A stretch of DNA of 64,000 nucleotides from Nitrospirota bacterium (GCA_963840455.1 CAWIYV010000014.1:480001-544000); one strand, 5' to 3'; counted from the first letter of the stretch, positions 48,378 through 57,686 are shown. Made by a program: numbers and translations. Notes: generated by a model not told the origin, from the letters alone.

Positions 48378-48415
48378 AAACGAAAGCCGCCAGAAGGTCC
48401 TGGCGGCTTTCGTTT
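48378..48415 (-). terminator. Terminator downstream of trpS (possibly bidirectional)
   Basis: aaacgaaagccgccag-aaggtc-ctggcggctttcgttt. Confidence 0.7.
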
Positions 48416-48435
48416 ATCAGGATCAAAGGAGCTGT

Positions 48436-49422
48436 CTACAGCTTCATCGCGTCCTGGACCTTGGCAAGGGTCTCCTTTGCCACGACGCGGGCCCTGGCGG
48501 ACCCGGCTGCGATGATCTCGGCGACCTTCTTTGGATCAGCAGTGAGCGCGTTCCTTCGCTCCTGCAGGGGCCTGAGGTACTCGAGGAGGTGCTTCAGGAG
48601 CTCCTTCTTGTCGTCCACGCAGCCGATGCCGGCCCTGCGGCATTCCACGTTCACGTGGTCGCACCAGGATTTGGGCGCGAAGATCTGGTCGAGGGTGTAG
48701 AGCGGGCAGACATCGGGATTCCCCGGGTCCGACCGCCGCTGGCGCGCCGGATCAGTGACCATGGCCATGACCTTCTTCGTGATCTCCTCGGGCGAATCCG
48801 ACAGGTAAAGGCAGTTGTTGTAGCTCTTGCTCATCTTGCGGCCGTCGGTGCCCAGGAGCTTGGGATACTGCGTCAGGAGAGGCTGGGGCTCGGGCAGGAC
48901 GTCGCCGTAGAAGGCGTTGAACCTGCGGCCGATCTCGCGGGACAGCTCCAGGTGCGGCAGCTGGTCGATGCCCACGGGCACGAAGTCGGCCTGGTAGATG
49001 AGGATGTCGGCGGCCTGGAGCACCGGGTAGCCCAGGAACCCGTAGGTGTAGAGGTCGCGGTCGTCGATCTGCTCCATCTTCTCCTTGTACGTCGGCACGC
49101 GCTCGAGCCAGGGGAGCGGCGTGATCATGGAGAACAGGACGTGCAGCACGGCGTGCTCCGGGAGCTGGGACTGCTGGAACAGGACCGCCTTCTCCGGATC
49201 GAGCCCGGCTGCCAGCCAGTTGATGACCATCTCGTGGACATAGGAGCGCATCTTCGAGGTGTCGGCATACTGGGTCGTGAGGGCGTGCCAGTCGGCGATG
49301 AAGTAGTAGCACTCGTACTCGTCCTGGAGCTTTCTCCAGTTGTCGAGGGCGCCCATGAGGTTGCCGAGATGGAGCAGCCCGCTGGGCTGCATGCCGCTGA
49401 GTACGCGTTTCTTCTTGGTCAT
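48436..49422 (-). CDS. trpS: Tryptophan--tRNA ligase
   Basis: SGMQPSG.LHLGN, YPVLQAADIL, VPVGIDQ and KMSKS motifs. Confidence 0.97.
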   Translation of the reverse strand: MTKKKRVLSGMQPSGLLHLGNLMGALDNWRKLQDEYECYYFIADWHALTTQYADTSKMRSYVHEMVINWLAAGLDPEKAVLFQQSQLPEHAVLHVLFSMITPLPWLERVPTYKEKMEQIDDRDLYTYGFLGYPVLQAADILIYQADFVPVGIDQLPHLELSREIGRRFNAFYGDVLPEPQPLLTQYPKLLGTDGRKMSKSYNNCLYLSDSPEEITKKVMAMVTDPARQRRSDPGNPDVCPLYTLDQIFAPKSWCDHVNVECRRAGIGCVDDKKELLKHLLEYLRPLQERRNALTADPKKVAEIIAAGSARARVVAKETLAKVQDAMKL

Positions 49423-49522
49423 GAAAGTTCCTTAACCTAAGGGGTCGGAATCCAGGAGCCAGGAGATGGCGGAATGGTTCTTCTGTTCTTCAAGCTGCTC
49501 CCCTGACTTTTGGATCCTGATT

Positions 49523-50200
49523 CTAGAATCCCCCATCTCCCAGGAGCAGCCCTAGCAGGGGGCGGATGACGGGCGTCATGATCCTGCCGAGGATACCAGT
49601 GAATATGAGAAGCATAAGTATGATCATGCCATATCGTTCCAGCTGATAATATGCCCCTGCCAATTTATCGGGAAGGAGCCAGTAAACAATGCGGCTCCCG
49701 TCCAGCGGCGGGATGGGGATCAGGTTAAGCACGGCGAGCACCACATTGATGATGACGCCGTAACCCAGCATGAGGGTTACCGGGGTGGCGAACCATCCCC
49801 AGGCCGGCTCTGGTACATTCCCTTCGAGTCCCACCATCACCACGCGTAGGAGGAACGAAAATGTGACCGCCATGGCGATGTTCACACCGGGGCCGGCCAT
49901 GGATGAGAGTGCCATTCCTTTCTTCGGGTCCTTGAAATAACGCGGATCAATGGGTACGGGCTTCGCGTAGCCGAACAGCATCCGGCCGTCGGTCAGCAGG
50001 AAGAGCATCAGCGGCATGATGATTGTGCCGACGAGGTCGATGTGCGGGATGGGGTTCAGCGTGAGCCTGCCCATGTCGCGCGCCGTGGGGTCGCCGAGCT
50101 TGTTCGCTACCCAGCCGTGGGCCACCTCGTGGAACACGATGGCGAAGATGAGCGGCAGAGCCATGACAGCGATCTTTTGTATTGTTGAGAGCTCTTCCAT
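49523..50200 (-). CDS. Site-2 protease (M50) family protein
   Basis: HEVAHG, GRLTLNP, AGP and NLIPIPPLDG motifs; start at MEELS. Confidence 0.92.
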   Translation of the reverse strand: MEELSTIQKIAVMALPLIFAIVFHEVAHGWVANKLGDPTARDMGRLTLNPIPHIDLVGTIIMPLMLFLLTDGRMLFGYAKPVPIDPRYFKDPKKGMALSSMAGPGVNIAMAVTFSFLLRVVMVGLEGNVPEPAWGWFATPVTLMLGYGVIINVVLAVLNLIPIPPLDGSRIVYWLLPDKLAGAYYQLERYGMIILMLLIFTGILGRIMTPVIRPLLGLLLGDGGF

Positions 50201-50209
50201 AGAATCAAG

Positions 50210-50366
50210 TTTACCGCAGAGTACGCAGAGGGCGCAGAGGAGAAGCAGCAACAGAAGGAGTGAAATTGCGAAGGTTAGAAAGCGGGATACTGTCTTTAAG
50301 CGTTGTTGCCTTCCAGTTCCTTGATTTCAATAGATCTCAGCGATCTCTGCGGGCTCCGCGGTGAAA
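50210..50366. repeat. Empty inverted-arm element, copy E
   Basis: tttaccgcagagtacgcagagggcgcagag ... ctcagcgatctctgcgggctccgcggtgaaa. Confidence 0.8.
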
Positions 50367-50438
50367 ATATATTTGTGAAGACTGATACTAAGGGAAAAGG
50401 GGCCGATGTGTCAAGGGAAAATGCGGCGGAAAAGGGCC

Positions 50439-52343
50439 TTAGTCCGTTACCAGTGTGAACTTTCCGTCCTCGATCCTGATGAGGAAAAGCTTCTTCTGCG
50501 CCTCGCCGCTCCCGGCGAAGGACGTGGTGCCGGAGATGCCCGGGAAGTCCTTCATGTTCAGGAGCCCTTCCTTGATGGCTGCCGGTGTGTCCTTCTTCGC
50601 CTCAAGGAGGGACAGGACCATGGCCGCGGCGTCATAGGCCTGGGCCGATAGGATGTCCGGCTCGTCCTGGTAGGCGGAGCGGTACGCGTCCACCACGGCC
50701 TTGACCGCGGGGTCCTGGTTCTCGGGGTAGAACCCGTCGACGATCACCGCGCCCTCGGCGTGCCTCCCGGCGCGCTCGATGAGGTCGGGCGTGTGCCAGT
50801 TGTTGGAACCGATGATCGGCTTGCCGGTGATGTTGTAGAATGCCAGCTGGGGGAGCAGCAGGCCCACTTTCTCGGCATAGCCCGGCAGGTAGAGGGCGTC
50901 GAAAGTCGGGACGTACATCTGGAACAGCTTCTTCCGCTCCTTGTCGTCCTCAGGGATGGGCAGCTTCTGTGACCGGAAGTCGATCTCGATGAGTTTGCGG
51001 ATATAGGGGCCGAAATCGTTGGTCTCCGGCGGATAGGTGATGGTCGCGAGGATTTCGGCCTTCCTCGCGAGGTCGCGGGTGAAGACGCGGGTCAGGTCGC
51101 GGCCGTAGGGGTCGTCGGGCTCGAAGATCACGAATTTTTTGAGGTTCTGCTTCAGGCCGTATTCGGCTGCCGCGGCTGCCTGGGCCGCATTGGTCAAGGC
51201 GTTCCGGAAGATCCAGGGGCTCAGCTCGGTCAGGCCCGTGCCGGGCGCGGTCGGTGTGAACACAGGCACCTGGACCTTCGCCAGGGACGGCGCCAGGGCC
51301 TCCACTTCCCTGCTCAGGAGCGGACCGATGACGGTGACGACGCCTTTCGCGGCCAGTTCGGCCAGGCCGGCGACTGCCTTCTCCGGAGAACCCTCTGTGT
51401 CCTTCACGATGAGCTCGACGCGGTTGTCGGCGTGCCTAATATTATACGAAAGGACCGCGAGCTGGATGCCTTTAAGGACCCGGTCGCCGAAGAACGAAGC
51501 AGGGCCTGTCTGGGGGACCAGGACGCCGAGGAGATACCGGGGAGCAGTGAGGCCGGCGGTTGCCTGGGCCAGCAGCATCTCGGCGCGCGTCCTGTCCGGG
51601 TGGCCGGGAAACTTTTCCTGGAAGGCCTTTACGGTAGAGACGGCGTCCTGATAGGCCCGCTGTTCGATCTGGAGCGCAGCGAGCCTTAACAGCGCAAGGT
51701 CGGACGGATAGGTCTTGCCCGCAGCCAGCGTACTGAGTTCGCTATCGGAAAGGTTCTTCTCCACGATCTCGCGGATGCGGTCGCGGTAGCCCGGCCGCTG
51801 CTTTTCCGGCGCGTTGTCCGCGAGGTATACGAATTCCCGGACCGCGGCAGGGTAGTTCTTTTTGATCACATACGATGCCGAAAGGATCTCGGCAATGCGC
51901 CGGAGCTTCGCCGGATCGGTGATCCTGGTCCGGTCCCCAAGGTTGTCGATGGCGAGGTCGTAGTCCTTCAGCTCGAAGTAGCACAGGCCGATCTTGTATT
52001 TTGCTTCGGCAATGAGCGAGGAGCCGGGATACCGCTCGATGAGCTTCTTGTAGTAGGTGAGCGCCTGCTTGTAGTTGCGGGTGGTAAACTGGATCTCCCC
52101 CATGAGGGAGAGGGCCCGGTCGGTGTACCTGCTCTCGGGATAGGTGGTGAAGAAACCCTCCACCGCCTTCGCCGCCTGCTCGTACTGCTTCTTGGCGAAC
52201 ATGGCCTCGGCATGGTCGATGAGCGCCTGGGCGTCCTTCTCCCACTGCGGCACCGGGACCAGCGCAGGTGCGCAGCCCATCGGGACGGCCGCGGCGATCA
52301 GCAGCAGGACCGCGAATATGGCGGTGACTGACCTCATCAGCAT
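50439..52343 (-). CDS. Lipoprotein with TPR (BamD-like) repeats and a periplasmic-binding-protein type 1 domain (LpoA/LppC-like)
   Basis: Lipobox-like PMGC, TPRs, GVLVPQTG...IGPLLS...AQAYDAA...FPGISGTTSF. Confidence 0.8.
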   Translation of the reverse strand: MLMRSVTAIFAVLLLIAAAVPMGCAPALVPVPQWEKDAQALIDHAEAMFAKKQYEQAAKAVEGFFTTYPESRYTDRALSLMGEIQFTTRNYKQALTYYKKLIERYPGSSLIAEAKYKIGLCYFELKDYDLAIDNLGDRTRITDPAKLRRIAEILSASYVIKKNYPAAVREFVYLADNAPEKQRPGYRDRIREIVEKNLSDSELSTLAAGKTYPSDLALLRLAALQIEQRAYQDAVSTVKAFQEKFPGHPDRTRAEMLLAQATAGLTAPRYLLGVLVPQTGPASFFGDRVLKGIQLAVLSYNIRHADNRVELIVKDTEGSPEKAVAGLAELAAKGVVTVIGPLLSREVEALAPSLAKVQVPVFTPTAPGTGLTELSPWIFRNALTNAAQAAAAAEYGLKQNLKKFVIFEPDDPYGRDLTRVFTRDLARKAEILATITYPPETNDFGPYIRKLIEIDFRSQKLPIPEDDKERKKLFQMYVPTFDALYLPGYAEKVGLLLPQLAFYNITGKPIIGSNNWHTPDLIERAGRHAEGAVIVDGFYPENQDPAVKAVVDAYRSAYQDEPDILSAQAYDAAAMVLSLLEAKKDTPAAIKEGLLNMKDFPGISGTTSFAGSGEAQKKLFLIRIEDGKFTLVTD

Positions 52344-52347
52344 CCGG

Positions 52348-52458
52348 TTACTTTACCTTCTTTGCGGCCGCCTCAGCCCTGGCGGTCTTGCTCTTCGCCC
52401 TCAAGGTCTCGGCTTTCCGCTTCCGCCTGCGGCGCAATTCACGTTCTCTTTCACGCAC
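52348..52458 (-). CDS. Small very basic protein (36 aa); missing from the ORF track
   Basis: AAAGGAG RBS, GTG start, MRERERELRRRRKRKAETLRAKSKTARAEAAAKKVK*. Confidence 0.7.
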   Translation of the reverse strand: MRERERELRRRRKRKAETLRAKSKTARAEAAAKKVK

Positions 52459-52748
52459 GATATGGTTCTCCTTTCGACAAAAATGGCCGATCAAATCAGC
52501 CTGCACACTATAGCGAAGACGGGCCGATTTGTCAATAAGTTCGCTGTGACAGGAGCCGGGATGCAGGGGCTGGGGCCAGGGGGCAGGGGAGCGGGGACAG
52601 AATTCCGGAGAGGTCGCTATTCTTTGTTGTTATCCTGACTCCTGGCTCCTGACTACTGATTTGTGAGTTCAGACTCCTGTCTTTAAACTTTTTCCCTTGA
52701 TTTCTTGAGGCTGATAGATTAGATTATACCCGCTTGTCAGCCAGTGAC

Positions 52749-52824
52749 GGGCGAGTAGCTCAGCTGGGAGAGCACCGCGTTCGCAATGCGGGGGTCGAGG
52801 GTTCGAATCCCTTCTCGTCCACCA
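52749..52824 (+). tRNA. tRNA-Ala (anticodon CGC)
   Basis: 76-nt cloverleaf: GGGCGAG/CTCGTCC acceptor stem with G3:U70, CCGCG-TTCGCAA-TGCGG anticodon arm, GTTCGAATC T-loop, encoded CCA. Confidence 0.97.
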
Positions 52825-52837
52825 ATCTTACAATCAC

Positions 52838-53050
52838 CTACAACCCCGCCGCAATTTCTTTCACACCCGACTGTGCTAAATTTGTGCTAATCCTGTCGAG
52901 TATGTCCACACCATCACGAAGGCTTTCTGAATAGTGGTGCGCGTAACGCTGTGTCATGGGAGGGGATTTGTGGCATATCAACATCTGCACCTTTTACAGA
53001 TCGACACCTGCCTGAGTAAGTTGTGTCGCAAAGGTGTGGCACAGATTGCG
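52838..53050 (-). pseudogene. Tyrosine integrase C-terminal remnant
   Basis: RNLCHTFATQLTQAGVDL*KVQMLICHKSPPMTQRYAHHYSESLRDGVDILDR...; internal stop, degenerate LRH and LGH motifs, catalytic Y retained. Confidence 0.85.
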
Positions 53051-53325
53051 GACTAATCGTTGATAATTACAGCGCGATCAACTTCCTGAAGTATTGATTC
53101 GGTTACATAAACGGATGGTGTAAGTCTCAACCAGAATCTTGTTTATCCGCCTGCTCCTTTTCGCTACGTCCTGCAATACCCCAAAAATACCCCATCGTAA
53201 TTTCCTCTGTTCTGCTATATTACAATTAAGTATTACATCGAACAACTTTCCTAGATGCACAAAATATTACTATTGTAGAATCCGCGTGTATCTTGCATTT
53301 AGTTTCTTTTAAGGATTAGGTTTTC

Positions 53326-53404
53326 CCGACAAAGCTAAACCCGTCGTGAGATGGGGACGGAAAGCAACGGGTCTTGGAATGCAAGACGGCCGGGCTGCCG
53401 AAGG
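53326..53404 (+). ncRNA. Cyclic di-GMP-I (GEMM-I) riboswitch aptamer
   Basis: CGACAAAGCTAAACCCGTC-GTGA-GATGGGGACGGAAAGC..GGGTCTT...AAGACGGCCGGGCTGCCG matches the P1/P2/P3 consensus. Confidence 0.88.
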
Positions 53405-53435
53405 ATGATGCCTTTGGTATGCCCGGCTTTTTTTG
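53389..53435 (+). terminator. Riboswitch expression-platform terminator
   Basis: gccgggc...gcccggc followed by T7; the 5' arm overlaps the aptamer 3' strand. Confidence 0.8.
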
Positions 53436-53584
53436 TTGAGAGAAGCAAGGTCTATGATAAGCCTAACAATCCTAGGAGACGAGTTACTGACAAAACTGAA
53501 GTTGAAGGCGAAGAGATTAGTGGGACAATGAAATGGATTGGACACAGGCGAAAATTAAGCTAGCAAAGAAAGGAGGAAATGACC

Positions 53585-54697
53585 ATGAAACGCACAAGTG
53601 TAGTAGTAACGAGCAGTATGTTTTTATTCCTGAGTATAGCTGTCGTTCTGAGCAACTGTGGAGGCGGCGGAGGTGGTGGAGGTGGTGGTACTCCTGCGGC
53701 TCCTGTTAGTGAAGGCTCAATAGCGAGCCCGGTAAACCTCGGCACTGCGTCAACGACTTTGACGCATTCCGGGTCGATCGCCTCTTACGATACCAGTTTT
53801 TATAAATTTACGACAGGACCAACCGGCACCTATACTATCAGCCTTACAAATACAAAGTCAGACTTGGAATGGTCGCTGTGGAGCGATTCAGGATTTATCA
53901 CAATAGTGGTAGATTGCGATACCTTCTCCGGTGCTCACGATGAGATTTGCTCAGCTCCGTTGTCTGCGGGAACCACCTATTATCTGGCCGTTGACGAGTG
54001 GGACCACGTTGCTGGAGCGTATACTCTTACAATATCTCATTCTACACTGCCACTGGCCCCGTATATCGCTGCTCAGGTCCTCACCTGGACCGGCACCCCG
54101 CCCGCTGGCTTCCCGATCCTGACAGCTCAGGTATGCACTGACTGGAACTGTGGTACGCCCATCACCAACGCCGTTGTTACGATAAATTCAACGACGCTAA
54201 GTTACAATGCAGGCGTGTATGAAGCTTCCGGGCCGATGCCGGCCGCAGGCGCCGCAGTCAACTTAAGCGTGACGATCCCAGGCGGCTGGCCTGTTACGGA
54301 TGGTACGTACACAGCATCGGGCACGCAATATACGACAGTCCCGAGCGTCACGAGCCCCACGGCATCTGCAACGTGGGATCGTACAGTTGCCAACACCGTC
54401 ACCTGGACGGCCGGATCGCCGACCACAGCATCGGAATATCTTGTAGGCATTATGGATGATCTCGGCGATTTCTATCCGACCAATAATGGCCCTGTTCCGG
54501 TTTCGACCGCTTCCGCATCGTATATACTGCCTGCCAACAGCATCACAGCGCCAGCAGCCTATCACGTGTTCGTGGGAATCGGAACTCAAGGTATCATAGC
54601 GGGGACGGGAGGTATCAGTATATCGCCCAGCGCCACAACCGGTTCGGGGCTATGGATCGGCAGCATTTCATCAATCGTTGACATCACCGTGAACTGA
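53585..54697 (+). CDS. Thr/Ser/Gly-rich surface lipoprotein with a PPC-like beta domain
   Basis: VLSNC lipobox followed by G10; GTYTISL and GTTYYLAV repeats; AGGAGG RBS. Confidence 0.8.
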   Translation: MKRTSVVVTSSMFLFLSIAVVLSNCGGGGGGGGGGTPAAPVSEGSIASPVNLGTASTTLTHSGSIASYDTSFYKFTTGPTGTYTISLTNTKSDLEWSLWSDSGFITIVVDCDTFSGAHDEICSAPLSAGTTYYLAVDEWDHVAGAYTLTISHSTLPLAPYIAAQVLTWTGTPPAGFPILTAQVCTDWNCGTPITNAVVTINSTTLSYNAGVYEASGPMPAAGAAVNLSVTIPGGWPVTDGTYTASGTQYTTVPSVTSPTASATWDRTVANTVTWTAGSPTTASEYLVGIMDDLGDFYPTNNGPVPVSTASASYILPANSITAPAAYHVFVGIGTQGIIAGTGGISISPSATTGSGLWIGSISSIVDITVN

Positions 54698-54761
54698 CAT
54701 GCGGGCAGGTTGATTTCTGATCAACCATCTAGATCTGATCGTCGTTCCCGGTAATATCCGT

Positions 54762-54795
54762 AAGGCGGCCTCGACCAAGAGGCCGCCTTTTTTTG
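54762..54795 (+). terminator. Rho-independent terminator
   Basis: aaggcggcctc-gaccaa-gaggccgcctt followed by a T run. Confidence 0.85.
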
Positions 54796-55221
54796 AATAA
54801 GTATATTTTATTGGATTAAAGCGCCCCAGGAACATACGGGCTCCTGGGGCTTTTGTGCTCATGAAGATTTCTATTAGAGCTTAGAAGAGTTTTGCCATTG
54901 TTTCGATCTACTCCTGAGTGTTCATGTGCATTTTTTCAACTGGTGTTCTGCACCTCCTATTCAAAAAGCAGCATTTCAAGTTTGTTTCATACAATCAGGT
55001 TCTTCCATACCCGTATCAGACTCTTGATCATATGACCTCCGAAGCGAGATTGCAGGGATAGGGGCGTTGAGTGCTGTACTAAAATTGTTCTAATAAATAT
55101 CGAAAAGGGCATAACAGGCAAGATAAACATAATTACCGAAGTGCTTCCACTTGCTTGATTATCAATATAAAATGGGAAACCAGAACCAAAGCAAGGGTTT
55201 CGCCAAAATTGCCTTTTCAAA

Positions 55222-55328
55222 TTCGCAATGCGGGGGCTGAGGGTTCGAATCCCTTCTCGTCCACCAATCTTACAATCACCTACAACCCTGCCGCAATTTC
55301 TTTTACACCCGACGGTACTAATTCTGTG
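55222..55328 (+). repeat. att repeat: tRNA-Ala 3' half plus about 60 bp of downstream flank
   Basis: ttcgcaatgcggggg..gagggttcgaatcccttctcgtccaccaatcttacaatcacctacaaccc.gccgcaatttc matches 52780-52888. Confidence 0.92.
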
Positions 55329-55708
55329 ATCAATGTCCTATAATCTAACCCCCCCCCATTTATTATTGGTGCCCTCTCTTGCTTCCTGCTATACTTTAAT
55401 GTATCAGATCTCAGCAACCGTGAATCGATGGCTCCCGACAAAGCCAAACCCGACACTACTCACTGGACACGGAGAAGGAATCCAACCGGCTGCCCGCGCC
55501 GAGGGGGCCCTTTAGGTTGATCATACGGATTTACCAGCCGAGTTGGAGGTCCTCGAACACATGTGAAAGATGCCGCTGCGGGAACGAGTGAAGTGAGAAA
55601 GCAGATAACAATGAAAAGAGAGAATCATGAAAATAGCGTGCAGCATGATCGTACTCTTCCTTCCTACATTATCGCTCAGTCATACACAGGCCAAAGGAGG
55701 GAAAAGTC

Positions 55709-56464
55709 GTGGCAAGAGAAAGTCTGACAAGGGTATTAATGTATGGGCTTGTGTGTCTGACACTGGTACTTTCTAACTGTGGAGGCAGTGTAGGTGGGGG
55801 AGACGGTGGAGGTGGCGGTGTACCATCAGGCGCTATCGCAGGCACATGGTTTGGAACGCTGGAAGATGCAGATTTAGTTTTGCACAAACTCAAAGTCACT
55901 GCTCATACTAATAACACGGTAACGGATGAGTTCGTAGACGATTTAGCAACAAACGTTACTCATACTGTAGCGGCTGTGTCCGGTAAGACGCAGATTTTCA
56001 GCTTAACAGGGAGCGATGGCACAACTGGCGGCTTTTATGTGGACGGTAGTTTCACTCACGCAGTATTGGTAGATGATGGCGGGAATTTTGCTGTCATGCA
56101 AAAAGGCGCTACGAGCCATCCAACCTATACGACAAGCGATGCTGTGGGTACGTGGTCCGGGTTTGAAGTCGTCTTGAATGAAAATTACCGCGTCGTTGAC
56201 ACCTATAGCTCAACGGTGACCATTTCAACGTATCCAAACTTTTCAGTCAGTAATAAGAACGGCACTATCACGGGCTCGTTTTCTGACTTTGATCCAGAGT
56301 ATGGTGGGTATGGTGGTTTTTGGGCCGATATAACATCACCCATGATTGGCTATGCCGGGGTATTCATGACACCGGACAAAATGTTTTTCGGCGGGCATTC
56401 CTGTGCAAAAAACGGCTATTGGCCTTTTAAGGATTGCTCATTCTCTTCATGGAACAAACAATGA
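55709..56464 (+). CDS. Gly-linker lipoprotein of unknown function
   Basis: AAAGGAGG RBS, VLSNCGGSVGGGDGGGGG, repeated GTWxG beta motifs. Confidence 0.78.
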   Translation: MARESLTRVLMYGLVCLTLVLSNCGGSVGGGDGGGGGVPSGAIAGTWFGTLEDADLVLHKLKVTAHTNNTVTDEFVDDLATNVTHTVAAVSGKTQIFSLTGSDGTTGGFYVDGSFTHAVLVDDGGNFAVMQKGATSHPTYTTSDAVGTWSGFEVVLNENYRVVDTYSSTVTISTYPNFSVSNKNGTITGSFSDFDPEYGGYGGFWADITSPMIGYAGVFMTPDKMFFGGHSCAKNGYWPFKDCSFSSWNKQ

Positions 56465-56694
56465 CAAAAATATTCATGGTATGAGCAACAGTCCATACCC
56501 ATATCAGACTCTTGATTATAGGACACCCGCAGTCGTCAGCCCAGGGGGTCGAGTCTGACTTATCGGTGATCCATCTAGCCGCCGTCGCTATCCAACGCAT
56601 CAACCGGAGACCGGACCTGATGAATATCGCCTGGTCCGGACCTGCTTGCAGGATCGGGCCGAGGACGGCCTTACGAAATCAGGGAAAACAAAAA

Positions 56695-57627
56695 GGTAAT
56701 TATCCCCTTAGAGGGACCAACTGTATACTTGGAGAAACACCTTCCAGGCACAGGAGGCCTCTATGGGGCTGTACGACTATCGATACTATCTTGCTGATGA
56801 GAATGAATGCCGCAAGCTTCTTCATGAGCTTCGCTGGCCTGGCGGCATAGAATGCCCACGCTGTGGCCATGAGTTTATCTGGAAGCTTGGAAGAAAAGAT
56901 CGCTATAAAAACAAATGTAGACGCTGTAAATATAAGTTTACAGAAACGTCGGGCACGATCTTTGAGAAGACCAGAACGCCTATCTCCAAATGGATCTGTG
57001 CCATCGGGCTCTTCAAGGTTGGGATTTCTGCCAACCAGCTGAAGGATGAGATTCGGGTCACATACAAGGCTGCCTGGCAGATGCTTGTCAAGATCAGAAA
57101 GGCCATTAAGGGTGACCATCTCACCAGCCAGCTGTCCGGCCACATTGAAGTCGATGAAGCCTACTTTGGCGGCCGACGCAAGGGGAAGCGCGGCAGAGGT
57201 GCTGCCGGGAAAACACCGGTCATCGGTATCATCCAGAGAAACGGGGATGTCAGAACGATTGCCATCCCCAATGTGAGAAGCAAGACGCTTCAGGCCCTTG
57301 TGAAGGAGCATGTTGAGGCAGGCAGCACGATCTATACTGACAACTATATCGGCTATAGAGGCCTTGATAATAGCGGCTTTTCTCATAAACTTGTCAATCA
57401 TCAGAAAGCTTTTGTATCTCGCAAAGGGCACCACACGAATTCGATTGAAGGCTTCTGGCGGTTATCGAAACACAAGCTGTATGCTCGATACCATAAAATC
57501 TCTAAAAAGCACTTGCCGTCCTATTTGGCAGAGTCGGAGTTCAAGTATAATGAGCGTTCACACCCTGATTTCATAAAACTGGTGCTCACGAAGCTCATAT
57601 TTCAGTCCCTCTAAGGGGATAATTACC
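56695..57627 (+). mobile_element. IS1595-family insertion sequence, 933 bp
   Basis: Perfect 23-bp TIRs ggtaattatccccttagagggac; 8-bp target duplication aacaaaaa (56687-56694 and 57628-57635). Confidence 0.95.
56763..57614 (+). CDS. IS1595-family DDE transposase
   Basis: RWPGGIECPRC Zn ribbon, IEVDEAYFGG, IYTD, HTNSIEGFW and YLAESEFKYN motifs. Confidence 0.95.
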   Translation: MGLYDYRYYLADENECRKLLHELRWPGGIECPRCGHEFIWKLGRKDRYKNKCRRCKYKFTETSGTIFEKTRTPISKWICAIGLFKVGISANQLKDEIRVTYKAAWQMLVKIRKAIKGDHLTSQLSGHIEVDEAYFGGRRKGKRGRGAAGKTPVIGIIQRNGDVRTIAIPNVRSKTLQALVKEHVEAGSTIYTDNYIGYRGLDNSGFSHKLVNHQKAFVSRKGHHTNSIEGFWRLSKHKLYARYHKISKKHLPSYLAESEFKYNERSHPDFIKLVLTKLIFQSL

Positions 57628-57630
57628 AAC

Positions 57631-57662
57631 AAAAAAGCAGGCCGGAAACCGGCCTGCTTTTG
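57631..57662. terminator. Bidirectional terminator adjacent to the IS insertion site
   Basis: aaaaagcaggccgg-aaa-ccggcctgcttttt. Confidence 0.8.
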
Positions 57663-57686
57663 ATCATTTAAAGCTCGTAGATCGGA

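Larger units (their letters stand above)
52780..55221. mobile_element. Decayed ~2.4-kb integrative element at tRNA-Ala
   Basis: Bounded by a direct repeat of the tRNA 3' half (52780 and 55222); contains an integrase remnant; AT-richer than the flanks. Confidence 0.8.

Noticed and set aside
53326-53404. Assignment as a 3'3'-cGAMP-specific riboswitch
   Set aside because: The specificity position carries G rather than A, so c-di-GMP is the default call
53659-53690. GGN trinucleotide run as a contingency or phase-variation locus
   Set aside because: Mixed gga/ggc/ggt codons encode a poly-Gly linker after the lipobox, and length change would not shift the frame
55222-55266. Second tRNA gene
   Set aside because: Only the 3' half from the anticodon loop is present, with no acceptor 5' strand or D arm; it is an att duplication
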